In this document: in pieces, positions 52,570 through 64,000 of the stretch
Position numbering within the stretch: position 1 is the first letter of the stretch
Layout of the letters: each line of letters starts with the position of its first letter
Assembly (NCBI GenBank): GCA_030704615.1
Contig: CM060731.1
Location: 45,384,001 to 45,448,000 of the forward strand
Source of the DNA: Takakia lepidozioides
Taxonomy: Eukaryota; Plantae; Bryophyta
Length of the DNA stretch: 64,000 nucleotides
Direction of reading: 5' to 3'
Made by a program: the position numbers and the translations under genes
Notes under the pieces: model-generated
The model's database searches: none
What the model saw: only the letters and a program-made list of their open reading frames with translations
What the model was told of the DNA's origin: nothing

Positions 52570-53634
52570 TGTGAACTCTTTTTTGTTACCTGTCTCGGTC
52601 CATTCTGCAGATACAACAGTCAAAACACACCGCAGCCTATGCCTTTCAAGTGATACATGATTTCTTCAACCTCCCCCGACTGTTCATCTGTGTACTGAGT
52701 ATTTCGGATTGATGGATGTCCGACCCTGGTGACAAGACCACAGGAAGCTTGGCAGACCTTTTCTACCTCTTTCCCTCTGTAAATTGTAAGGCTTGGTAAT
52801 CCAAAGTTACCAGTGGTGATAACAGACAAGTTTTGCTGGATATAATAAGGGATTGGGACATTGCTTTATTTAGGGGCTTACCCACCAGAAGACATTGCGG
52901 CTGCCCATGTCGCATAACCCTAAGTGCTCGGAAAACCTTCTTGAATCTCAAAGAGAGAAAAATACAGCTCAATGTGGTATATGCTGGGTAAGAGCATATG
53001 GGCAAACTAGACTGACCTTGTAGGGCTATGAGGGGGAGGATTCTTTGTCCGGATTTGCTATTTACTTGGCCACGGTACATAGTGTGAAGGTATCTGAATT
53101 TACTTGTTACAATCTAATGATTTCCGAGTTTCATGGTTGCGGGTTATTTGATCTCACGTTCTTTAGTATACAAGGTTAACGCACAGTTAACCATGGGGTG
53201 ATACAATCAGTTTGTAAGTGGTTTATGTGCTGAAAAGAAACGCTTCTAGCATTTCAAGATCGCATGGTCTGTGTTGGCATGGTTTGCATTTGCATGCGGG
53301 TTTCAAAGGCTTGCAGTTGAGAAGTGATTGCTGGGTGCAACATCAATAACTGGCTTTTTGTCAGACTGGTTGTCCATCTTTAGTAGACTTATTACAAATC
53401 TGATCAAGGCCCCAGCATCAATGAAGCCTGGAAAAGACTGGAAATCTGAAGATCTGAAGTGGATGCAACTGCACCAAACCGCCCTAGTGCAGCAAGTTTT
53501 GTCTCTTTCAGTACCATGGTTTGTGAGACCCACGTAAAGGCCAAAATGACACAAGCTTGGGTAACTCTACCTACTCCAACAATTGAGTCGATGTTTCGTA
53601 TGTCTAGAAACTGGTATACACATTTGCTGGTTAA

Positions 53635-54577
53635 CCCTTCAAGGACGAGCCTGTTTTTGGTGGGCCCCGTCTAAAACCAGACATACCCTCACGGATGAGG
53701 GTGTATCTCCCATTGGACAAACATCTGAGGGGATGAACCGTTCCAAAGTCATCCTACCTACTTCATGCACCTCAAGTAAAAATTTCAGGAGAATTGACCA
53801 TCTAAAGTGGAAGATTATAACAAAAATTCCAGGCTTTTTTTTTCTGCTGGATATATTTTCAACGTGAAAATTTGTGGGGCAATTTGTGAGGGAATCCAAA
53901 TTCCTCTCGTCATGTTGTTGTTTGCCTACCTACCGAGTTACCCTGGAAAAAAAATTCCACATTCTAAGCTGTTTGTAGGCAAACATTGAAACCCTACTTG
54001 AATCCCAGCTCCGGCCAAGAATTGCCGGAGCCGGTGGACATTGCCGGCCAAAAAATCCGGCCACGTCATCACAAACCAAGGAAGTCACGGGGCCCTCCAC
54101 CCTGCGTTTCAGCGCTCTCCCTCCATGACCTGCCTACGGCCACCTGATTGGGCCACGCACCTAAACCCTACGCGGGTGAGAATCTCCCGCCCCCGCTACC
54201 CGCCACCTGATTGGGCCACGTGCCTGGCGTTTCGCGCGTGCCCGGGGTCCGCGCTGTCCGCACGGGCGGACATGCAGCCCCCCGCTGTCACCCGCTGCCG
54301 GCAAACGCCCACCCCCCCCCCCAATCCTGCCTGCCACGTCTGCCAGTCAACCTGCTGACGGGCCCAAACCACAGGATTTTGGGTACCCCTCCAGATTCCA
54401 AAAAATCCTGACGGCGGGGGATTAGATTTTTTAGGGTGCGATCAACACAGGGGGCCGTAAATATTTATGGGCTACACTTTTCGTTCAGGAATCGTCTTCA
54501 TCCGACATGATCTGCGCATTTATCATCCAATCGAAATTTCGACCCGACCCGATACGGGTCGCCTCGTCCTTGAAGGG
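53635..54577. mobile_element. Non-autonomous piggyBac element (MITE), 943 bp
   Basis: TTAA (53631-53634) + CCCTTCAAGGACGAG ... CTCGTCCTTGAAGGG + TTAA (54578-54581): perfect 15-bp TIR, CCC/GGG ends and a TTAA TSD. Confidence 0.93.
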
Positions 54578-55073
54578 TTAAGCTCTGAATTATTTATTGA
54601 ATTGTTTGTGTTAGATCTCTACTGTTTTCCAAATGGAAATTGGTTTGATGTGGCTGAAAAGCCACCTCATCATGGAATGCCTAAAGCTGCCAGTTCACTG
54701 TGCAGGAATCCAGACAACCAAACAGTGAGACAATTGGACTGACATTAGTCACCACATTGTTCACCCTTACAGATAGGCCACAGTTTGAATCTGTGATCAC
54801 ACCTCCGAATTGTTGGTTGCTACGTTGCTACCCCTTCCTTTGTGGTAACTGATCCTCCCTAGATCTGGGTAGTGTGCTAACTGCTAACCCCTTCATCCAC
54901 TTTCCCTTTGATGAAGACATGGGAAGAAGAGAAAGAAATACAGGAACTTTATTATGTCCACAGAAAGAAACTTTATCCATCCATGGGTAGCCTTCTAGAA
55001 CAAAGAGCTTACTGGATCAAGAGAGTGCGGATCAAGAGAGTGAGACTCCTAGAATATGTCTAAAGATGAAAAG

Positions 55074-57987
55074 CTAAGGATTCACTTCTTCCTCGGACCA
55101 CACAGTACTTCCATCAGCTGATTTTTCAGAGATCTTGAATAATATGCGGCGATTTTCCTTTGAATGATAGTAGTCAACCTGCATGGAAAACTCTCTCAGA
55201 GCTTAGTTGTAGCTGAAGCCATTCCAACATTGATCCTTCTCTACAACCCTCAAAGGCACACTTCTCATGTAACCCAATATGAGAAATAACATAGTTCACG
55301 CCAGACCCACACCTACGATGCACCAGATGTTCCAGTAACACTGAGAAAGGGGTGGCAGGGGGATATATGATATACAGGTTAATCACTTAACAACACCCAC
55401 ACTATTTACAGGACAGGAAGAGAGACCTCCTCTGGTTCAAGAGTCAGAACACAGAAAGTGTCGAGTGGTCCCTGTACTGGGTCTAACTCGGGCTGTTCCC
55501 CTTCTGTAGACTTGGGGTGGCCTGGGTGAGGGGCTGCAAATCCTGATCTGGACCTGGGCGAACTGTGAAACCACGCCTTCTCCCTCAACTTTGCACATTT
55601 GCCACAGCAAACCCAGATATGAGATTCTCCTAACTCTGCCTTTCTGAGTACATGTAGGCACAGTTAACTCTAGACTTACATTGTGGTCTTCACATTCTGA
55701 GGGTAGTCTCAGACCATAATAACTCTGGTTTCTAGTTATTGCAGTCCCCACAAAAGGCTTGATGCCTACCTTACTCTGCATGCAAATGTATGGTAAACTG
55801 GAGGTCGACTGCAAGTAAAACTCCGAAACGGGAACCTAAAATATCTTCAAGCGCATTTGTGCCTGCCCAGTTCTACAAAGTCATAGCTACACCAAATATT
55901 GCATGATACACAAAGTAGTCTACATACACCACAAGACCTTGTATTGTGTTGGTTTTCTCTCATTTCTTGTACTCATACCTCCAACCAAACCCGAGTTGGA
56001 AATTAAGTTGTACGATATCCACCTCAACCAAATCTCTTAAACCCAGAACCCTTTCCATAGTAGCTCACTGATTAATAATATTTTTTGAAGCATGTAGTGA
56101 ACGTACTCATAAGAAGCATGAAGAGACATAGAAGGAAAGATAAGTCCAACCAATTGCTTCGAAGGGTTGGACTCAGTATCACCAATGAGATCCAAAATCC
56201 CATGAATACGGAACTGCTCCCATGAATCGCTGAAGTAGTAACAAATCTGCCCACGATGGTCATCTTGTCAATAATGTACTCTCTCACAGAACCTGAAGCC
56301 ACATGCCATGATACAAAGGCCAATTTTTTTTTAAAATTACGGCCAGGATAGAGAGACTCTTCCTGGCACTTTCAGTAACCACTGGTTGCCTTTGGTGTGG
56401 CCCTGCTGAGGCTTTATCTTCGCCCTCATCTTGTGCTTTGATGAAGGATGAAGGCGGGTGTCTCCTGGCTTCTGTCCTCCAAGATCTTTTTTTCCTTGGA
56501 AGGCGGTTTGCTCAACCACCCCCACTCTGCAATTGGGTGTGCTTCCTTTCTTGGCATGCTAAGTTGTGATGGAGGTCCGTGGTACATTACGTTTGATCTT
56601 AGGTTTTCTCATCACTAAAACATGGATATATACACTGAGCTCCTGCAGAAGCACAACTCTAGTGCAAGAAAATGATGAAAACAAGGTGTACGATATATCA
56701 AAACTATGATGGAAATGTTTGTGCACATCCCTGACATACCTCCCCCATAGGACAGTGCTTGATCTCTTCAACCTGCAACCATGGAAAGAAAGGTGCAATC
56801 TATCAAACCAGTGCTTGAACCTGATGATTCTCCAGCTTTCATGTCCAGACACATAGTTTTTCATCATTGTCAGAGATCATTGGAAGAAATATTGTATAAA
56901 GTGGTTTGGTTGCATGCCTTGTGGCTGCAAGAATCGGTGGTGAATTGCATCTGGAAAGCAGTGCTAAAACCTGATAATTCTCCAGTTTTCATGTCCAGAC
57001 ACATAGTTTTGCATCATTGTCAGAGATCATATGGAAGAAATATAGTAAAGTGGTTTGGTTGCATGCCTTGTGGCTGCGAGAATCGGTGGTGAATTGCATC
57101 TTATTAGTGTCATCAACAAATCCCCTGCATCACAGACCTACAAAATGAAGCTCTTCATCTTCTCACCCTTTCCAGCTTAACTGCTGAGTAATGCGACAAA
57201 ATAGCAGAAGAGAAAGATGGAACACAGTCATTCAGGAGATCACAACATATTAAGGGTCCAACATAAAGGCGCTGCTGCAATAAAAATCTCTGTTTCTCCA
57301 TTGGGTCCATGGGCCTCCCTCAGAGTTAATCACTTTCTCTTTCTTTCCGATGAGCAATAGTTGCTTTTGGGCTCCTTGTGGAGAGCCCCTCTCTCCTCCT
57401 TCTCGTGTCCCATAAGCTCTTTATGCTTTCCGCGGACGTTATAAATCACCATTCCATTTCTCTCAGACAAACATCTAAGATGAGGCAGAGCAGACACCTG
57501 AAAACTAGGGTTCGGTTGGCTGGTCTGCCATCTGGTCGAACAGTAGCCTGCCAACACAGATACAGACGCTGAATCAAGAACCAGTCTTTTCCTCTATCCT
57601 TGCTGCTTTCTAGGCACACAATTGTTGGATACCACTAATAAATATGTTGAATTGATCAGTTCTCTCCATGACAATATGGTCAGAGTGTAGGCGTAGCGAT
57701 ATTGCTTTCCATCGACCGGATGCCAGGCTTGCGGCCATCGACCCGGCAGGCCAACATAACCCTCTCGGTTTGTTGAGAAGTACAACATACGATGCCTATG
57801 CTCTCTCAGTCCACCTCGCCCAATTGCGAGTTTGAATTTACGAAAACACAGCCGTGTGTAAGAGGAGAGCCAGGAGAGAAATGCAAAGGCATGAGAATAC
57901 CAACTGTAGGTGCTTTGAGTGCTTTAAGTGCGAATGGCTCTGAATCGCGTTTTGCAACAGCAGTCTCCACGGCGCCAGGTGAGCCAT
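55074..57987 (-). CDS. Pyridoxamine 5'-phosphate oxidase-like FMN-binding protein (7 exons)
   Basis: MAHLAPWRLLLQNAI..QL|ATVRPDGRPANRTLVFR|GFVDDTNKMQFTTDSRSHK|VEEIKHCPMGE|ICYYFSDSWEQFRIHG..|LREKAWF..FCVLTLEPEE|VDYY..WSEEEVNP*. Confidence 0.9.
56810..57101. repeat. Tandem duplication, ~150-bp unit x 2
   Basis: 56810-56952 is nearly identical to 56959-57101; the unit spans the exon 3 / intron 3 junction of the oxidase gene. Confidence 0.9.
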
Positions 57988-59061
57988 GTCTCCACAATCT
58001 AAGCCTGCAAAATACTCATCAAGCTTTGAGAACATAAACATGTACAGCCGTTTGTGAAGGATCTGACCAGTGAAATTTTCTGTCTACTCGCTCAGGAGCT
58101 TCTGAAGTTTTCAGCCGCAGCAAGGACCGTGCAGGGCAGAAGGTTTTTAATACTAAGCGACTAGAAACAGAAAGAGGGATGTCATCACAAGCGTGGAAGA
58201 TCTTGTTAGGAGGATTGAAGTGCTGAATGTCAGCCTTTTTTGAGAATTCTGCCCAATCTCAAGCTCAATCTCACACTTACTCTTGTGTGCAAACACAAAC
58301 CCAAAAACTACGGAGGAAGCTGCAATCGACAGATGCTAAGGAAGGTACCTCTTGCAATTTCTCTTCCCTTGTAACCACCAAATTGACCCGCATCCAAGGC
58401 ACCGGACCTTGAGAAATCTCTGCTCCTCAAATCCGGGAGATAAAGCTGTTGCTCATCTTCCGAGGGATTTGAGCTGATGGGTCCAAGAGATTTGCATTGT
58501 GCTTCTGACAACGTTACTCAATCCAACGACGGATCGCTATCAAAGATGGAACTTCATCCTTCACATTCCACTCTCAGATTTTTCAGATTAGGTAGACCTA
58601 AACAGTCTGCATCACTGGGCTCATGGGCAGATTCGACAGGATCACTTTCGACAATTATGCAAGAACTAGTCCAGAGGCTTCACGGATTCGATCTCAAGAC
58701 TCAAGAGGATCTATGTAGCCGGATGGGTTTGAAGGTTTGAACTTTCCCGCCATGCTGACTGCGCGGGACGTATTCGTAATATTGTGTGTGCCTCGGATGT
58801 CTTGATGTTCCCTCGAGGAGATTGAAATTTCGAGCAGGACGAGTGTGGGTGTGCGAGGATTGCAATAGAAACGGATGATCTGCGGGGACCACAGGTTTGA
58901 AGCTTGATTGGATTTCTCGAGCTGGCGTCTCAGATGTTTGTAAGGAGATTCTGCCTTAGAAATGTGGACAGGTTGAACGATCCACCACCCACTTTAGGAC
59001 GGTATTTCTCTTTCTGTCTAGTCACCGGGTTCATTCTCAGGTTAGACTAAGGTTGTGGACA

Positions 59062-62000
59062 ATGAGGGAGATCATTATACTCGATGAGGACGATGACAGT
59101 GACATAGAGATCGTTTCGCAGACGCAAGTGGGGCTCACACAGGAGCAGAGGTCCCGTATCGCACATCAAAAGAAATTGGCTGTAGCTCGTCGCCAGGCTA
59201 GAGAGCAGGAATTTGCCACCCTTCCAACTTCCTCTCCATCCACTCAGCAACACGGTTTCAATACACATGCTCCTAGATATTATAGTATTTTCCGCCAAGC
59301 CACCAAGGCACCTTTCAAGAGCTCGGAAAACAGAGATAGTGGGGAAAGAGATAAAGGGATGGCGTCTAGCAGCGGGGACCTCGGAGGGTGGAGTGGGGGT
59401 AGGGTGAACGGAGCAAGTGGGGGTGGGGAGACAGTGGCATTTGCAAATTTGAGACATGGAGGCTTTGAAGTGGCATCCGATCATCAACCGATCCGTTGCT
59501 CTTCTCCACCTCGGGAGGTCGACGAGTTTTGGGATAACCATTCTTGGCGGAAGAGGGCTACAGCACAGGGAGGAATAGATAAACTTTTGGGGATATGGGA
59601 CGTCGACACTGGAGAAAACAACACCCACGCTGGGGAGGGAGAGAGAAAGACTGTGGAGGATGGACCGGGCTACCTAAAACTGGGGAGACAAGGTTATAGT
59701 TACACAAGTTTGGCGTCTCCTGGGAGAGAGATGTTTATGGGACAAGATCTAAATCTGGAAAATGTAGAGGGAGACTATTGTAAGAGACAGCCCAATTACA
59801 CGTACATAGGAAGGCAAGAATATGCAGGGTCAGGCTTCCGAGCCAGTGTTGCTGAGAATTTAGAGCCCCGGAATACACAGGACGCTATAGAAGGAGAATG
59901 GAGGACTGTCAGGAAGAGACCTGTGCGGGGGAGAGGTCTCTCCCGGTCCCTGACCCGTGGCAGAGAGGTGACTGGGCTCCCTTTCCAAGAGATGGGCTCA
60001 CTTGAAAGAGAGCCTGGACAGGCATCTAAGAGGTGGAAGAGTCATGCTGTTGCTGAATCAGCACCTGGCATCAGAGAGGGGCCAGGTCAGTGGTTTCCAG
60101 CTCTATATCTAAGAATGATGTTGCAACATGTCAATGGAGTAACCTTCATTCAAGATTCTGAATGTGATTTCCATGGCAGCATTGTTGTCACAGGTGCCTG
60201 GTGCTTTCTATCTCTTTCTCAGTGGCATCATTGTACATCAAACGTTCACTGCTTGACCAGACATTAAAGTTGCTTATGTAAGATGTCAGCAAATCGTGCC
60301 TTGAGCCAAGGGTTGAGGTGCACAAATAGTGCAAACCGACAAGATTTGTATCATTCCACCATCCCATTAAATACCAAATCATTGTCAATGATCCATGCAC
60401 AAGCAGCAAATCCAAGAATTTGGGTGATGGGTGTGAGTATTGTTGTTAGATTGTGGTTGTAGAGATTTGTGACAGCATGTACAACTCTCCACTCTGCAAA
60501 CTACCAGTTGGATGAATTTTACAGAGGTTGAGATCCCCAATGTGCATGGAATGGAGGGAAGAGCAGCCAAAATTGAGCTCTCCAAGCAACAGGACCGAAT
60601 CATCCAAGCTATCGAAATGGGAAAGTCTGTATTTGTGACAGGATCAGCTGGAACAGGGAAGAGTTTTATCTTGGAGCATGCAATAAAGAAACTTAAGGTC
60701 ATTCTTGGAGAATACGTATTTGTCACAGCATCAACAGGGTTGGCCGCGTGCGCACTGGGGGGCACCACATTGCATTCATTTGCTGGAGTCGGATTGGGCA
60801 CTCAGAGCAAAGAAGTGCTTTCTCAAAAGGTAAGGGATGGAGAGGAGAGAGGCAGGGAACCTGTTAGTACAGAAGGGATGATATGGGTAGTAATTGATCC
60901 CTAGCAGCAAGTTGCCAGTTGATAACAACCTTATAGGCCATGAGTTGATAGAAATTTAAGTGACAATGAGAATCAGCGCAGTCCTGCACGTCCAGATCCA
61001 GAATAGTGCCTGGAATTCTCAAACACTGCTTGTTATCAGATAGCAACATGGTAAATTTTCCTGGTCAGCTTTCAGATTTGTCTTCATCAGGTTCATCAAA
61101 TGACAAAATTCTCTAATCTGACCTTCAAATACTCTTGAAGGTGAAAACAAGGAGAGAGGCACGGGAGCGGTGGCAGAAAGCACAGGCACTTATCATTGAT
61201 GAAATCAGCATGGTTGATGGCGAACTTTTCGATAAACTGGAGTATGTGGCCAGGATAGTTAGAGGTAAGTCGAGCCCATGGGGGGGTTTGCAACTGGTTG
61301 TTACAGGCGACTTTTTCCAGCTTCCACCTGTGAATCCCAGCAATCCAAAGAAGATCTTCCCATTTCAAGCAGATTGCTGGGAGCAGTGCTTCCATCTTCA
61401 AGTGCAGTTGACACATGTATTTCGTCAGAACGACTCTAGTTTTGTAAGCATGCTCAATGAAATCCGGACAGGGAGGTGTTCTCCCCCAACCCTCGAAAGA
61501 TTGCGGAGTTGCAATCGGTCCTTGGAAGATGACTCCACGGGAATCCAAACCACCAAGGTGTACCCCCGCAAGGTTGATGTGGGCAAAAGGAATGAGCAGA
61601 ATTTGAAAGCCCTAGGGAATGATACGGTCACCTTCAAAGCTAAGGACGAGGCCAAGAATGATTTTGCCCGGAGACAATTGGACAGTTTGGGGGCAGAGGC
61701 CATCGTTAGTCTGTGTGTTGGAGCCCAGGTAATGACCGACATCCCTGCAGAGCCAGGAAATCCTCTCTTGAAAGTATTACTCTTCCAGGTATTGCAGTTA
61801 ACCTACTTTGCACAGGAGTGGCATACAATTGTGTTCACAGACTGTCCAGTTGTCGTTATCTTTACTGGACGGATTGCCCATTGTGTGGTCCCATGTGGGA
61901 TGATTCTCCTTGTCCATCATGAAACTGCAAAAATTGGCGGTTGGAGTTGAAGCTTGCGGTGTCAGTTTCACAAAGAAGCTTAAACCTAATTTTTCCCCTA

Positions 62001-62892
62001 ATCAACAAATTTAACGTTTGGAACAACTGTGTGCAGGTGATGCTCATCAAGAATCTGGGGACTAGTGTAGGGCTTGTGAATGGGTCAAGGGGAGTGGTGG
62101 TTGGATTTTCTGCACCTGAGGACCCAGCTACTGTAGAATTTCAGAAACTGGCCAGAGTCATGAACCCTGGAGGTCAATGGCCCGTTGTCCTTTTTCTTTG
62201 TGATGGAGTGGAGAGGATCATGGGGCCTGAGAGCTGGAACGTTACTGAGGGTGAACTAGAAATTGCCAAGAGAACCCAGGTCAGGCTTCTTTTGACAAGA
62301 ACCTAAGTATGCTATGTTACGAGGTCAATGTCGTTTTTGAGTTTTCTGAGCCTGTTGAGTTTTACTACTTCGATGTACCACAGGAGCTTCAGTTCTAATT
62401 TGGATTGATTCCAGCTAACCATTTTCAGCCTTTTTTGTTGTTTGCATCTGCACACCATCCAACGAGAGGGAAACTCTCGGGGCAGGGGCATTGCTTCGGT
62501 AGATTGACCTGGTCCGAAGCTTATGCAAGAATGCTTGATAGGCGAGGTGCCAATTGCTGTCTGCGAATAGATAAAAACTCTGCAATTTTTTTTCCATTGC
62601 AATGAGTGCGATTTTGAGGTGCAAAGGGTATTTCCAGGTTCCGTTGGCGCTGGCGTGGGCGCTCAGTGTGCACAAGTGCCAGGGGATGACTCTTGACCGT
62701 GTAGAGGCTGACCTGACCAAGGCCTTTGATTATGGGATGGTGTATGTGGCTCTCTCCCGTGTCAAAAGCTTGGAAGGTTTGCGTCTCACGGGTCTCCTTG
62801 AAGAAAGTATCAAGGCCCACCCTTTAGTTGTTAAGTTCTATGAACAACTTCAGAAGAAGCCGGCTATGGAGTTGGAGGGCGATTGGGAATGA
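59062..62892 (+). CDS. PIF1: PIF1-family 5'-3' DNA helicase (~5 exons, long low-complexity N-terminus)
   Basis: VFVTGSAGTGKS; TASTGLAACALGGTTLHSFAG; IIDEISMV; DKLEYVARIVRGKSSPWGGLQLVVTGDFFQLPPV; LVNGSRGVV; AWALSVHKCQGMTLD; YVALSRV. Confidence 0.93.
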
Positions 62893-63733
62893 CACAGAGT
62901 AGCATTTACCATGTGTGCATGCATACTTCCTACTTGAAATTTATGTTCGGGTTCCCTTCCGACAGTGCAATGCCAGCCTGGGTGGCTAAAGTTGTCACTT
63001 GGTCATGACCGTGGGCCAAATGAAAGGTTCAAGAAGTTAGCAGATAGCGGAGTACCACAAAGAATCACCATCATGGATATGTCGGCAGTCGTTGAAGCAG
63101 TCTCCACACGGCGACGTCTCCAGGCTAACCATGTGGGGGGTCAATTTCTCCAGCCTATCTTGAATGTAATCTCTCTAGAGTTGGATACGTAGTACTGAAG
63201 GTTGTAGTAGCTGCTGTAATGCGGCAGTGTCGGTCTCACCTGTTTAGAGAAAGTACATGTGTCCGAAGCTGTGAGGAAAAGAAACAAGTAGGGTCTCACT
63301 ACAACTGTGGAGCCTCCATTTCTGCTCCCCAACGAAGGAACGGAGCCTCCATCTCTCCTTCAGTTTCCAAGGGGGCTGCCATTGTGGGCTCCAATGTCAT
63401 AATTATCCAAGGTCATGATCCGAAGCTTCCTGACTGAACAACACTCTCAGAAGTGCCCATGTAGCCTTGTCCTGGAATGGCTTTGAAACGGTCTCAATAA
63501 TGCCACCCTCAATCATGTAACAATGAATGCTGTGAAGGTCTCCTGGTGAGAGGTGAGCCTCCAAGCGGGGTACACAAGGCTTGTGTGCTCATCCTGCCTC
63601 TTCATGCTGCAACCACGCATTCACTCACGTTACTCTCTGCCCTGTACCTCCAGTGTACGCACAGTGGGTGTGGGTCCTTGGCAATTGCAACAACACTCTC
63701 CTCAGGCCTTCACTGCCCCACCTGCTCTGCCCT

Positions 63734-63734
<1 letters not shown>

Positions 63735-63785
<51 letters not shown>
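63735..63785. repeat. (CT)n microsatellite
   Basis: About 25 consecutive CT units. Confidence 0.95.
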
Positions 63786-63788
<3 letters not shown>

Positions 63789-64000
63789 GTCGCTATGTTG
63801 TCGACTCTCGATGCCGAAGTTTACATAAAATAACATAACTTAATACAATTTTCTAACAGAAACCTGTACTAAGTACATTGAGGGCCACCCAGGTAATCTG
63901 GTCTCAAATCCTTCTAGCTTATGGGGTGTGCCATATATATATATGGCGCCAACCAAAGTTAGTGTAAATACGAGCCTCTTCCCCCTTGTGGCTGTGTTAT

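Noticed and set aside
56810-57101. Tandem box C/D snoRNAs
   Set aside because: TGATGA is present but there is no correctly placed CTGA box D; the unit is explained as an exon-intron duplication.
59062-62892. Helitron RepHel
   Set aside because: No HUH/Rep motifs or Helitron termini; the Pif1 signature and intron structure fit a host gene.

Overview
Eukaryotic nuclear DNA, most likely from a non-seed land plant (bryophyte/lycophyte-like, inferred from long moss-type PLS-DYW PPR genes and intron-rich housekeeping genes; the species cannot be determined). The left part (1-28 kb) is mostly decayed mobile elements: two L1-type LINE remnants, an APE-RT LINE with a 2A-like peptide, two copies of a tRNA-derived SINE with TSDs, a 571-bp non-autonomous CACTA element, an intron-containing Crypton/DUF3504-like tyrosine-recombinase relic, a Copia remnant with one intact LTR and a piggyBac transposase pseudogene. 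It also holds a birth-and-death cluster of PLS-class PPR RNA-editing genes (10.9-19.6 kb). The right part (28-64 kb) is gene-dense: a triple-MYND zinc-finger protein, a rubredoxin-like plastid protein, DPM2, a SIL1/FES1-type Hsp70 NEF, RPB12, VAC14, a pyridoxamine 5'-phosphate oxidase-like gene and a PIF1 helicase. A 943-bp TTAA-flanked piggyBac MITE with perfect 15-bp TIRs sits between VAC14 and the oxidase gene. The most unusual items are the Crypton-like recombinase and the piggyBac pair (both superfamilies are rarely described in land plants), the 2A-like motif, and the split of an intact PPR array from its DYW deaminase. All calls come from manual reading and motif recall; no database searches were run, and exon boundaries are approximate unless stated.
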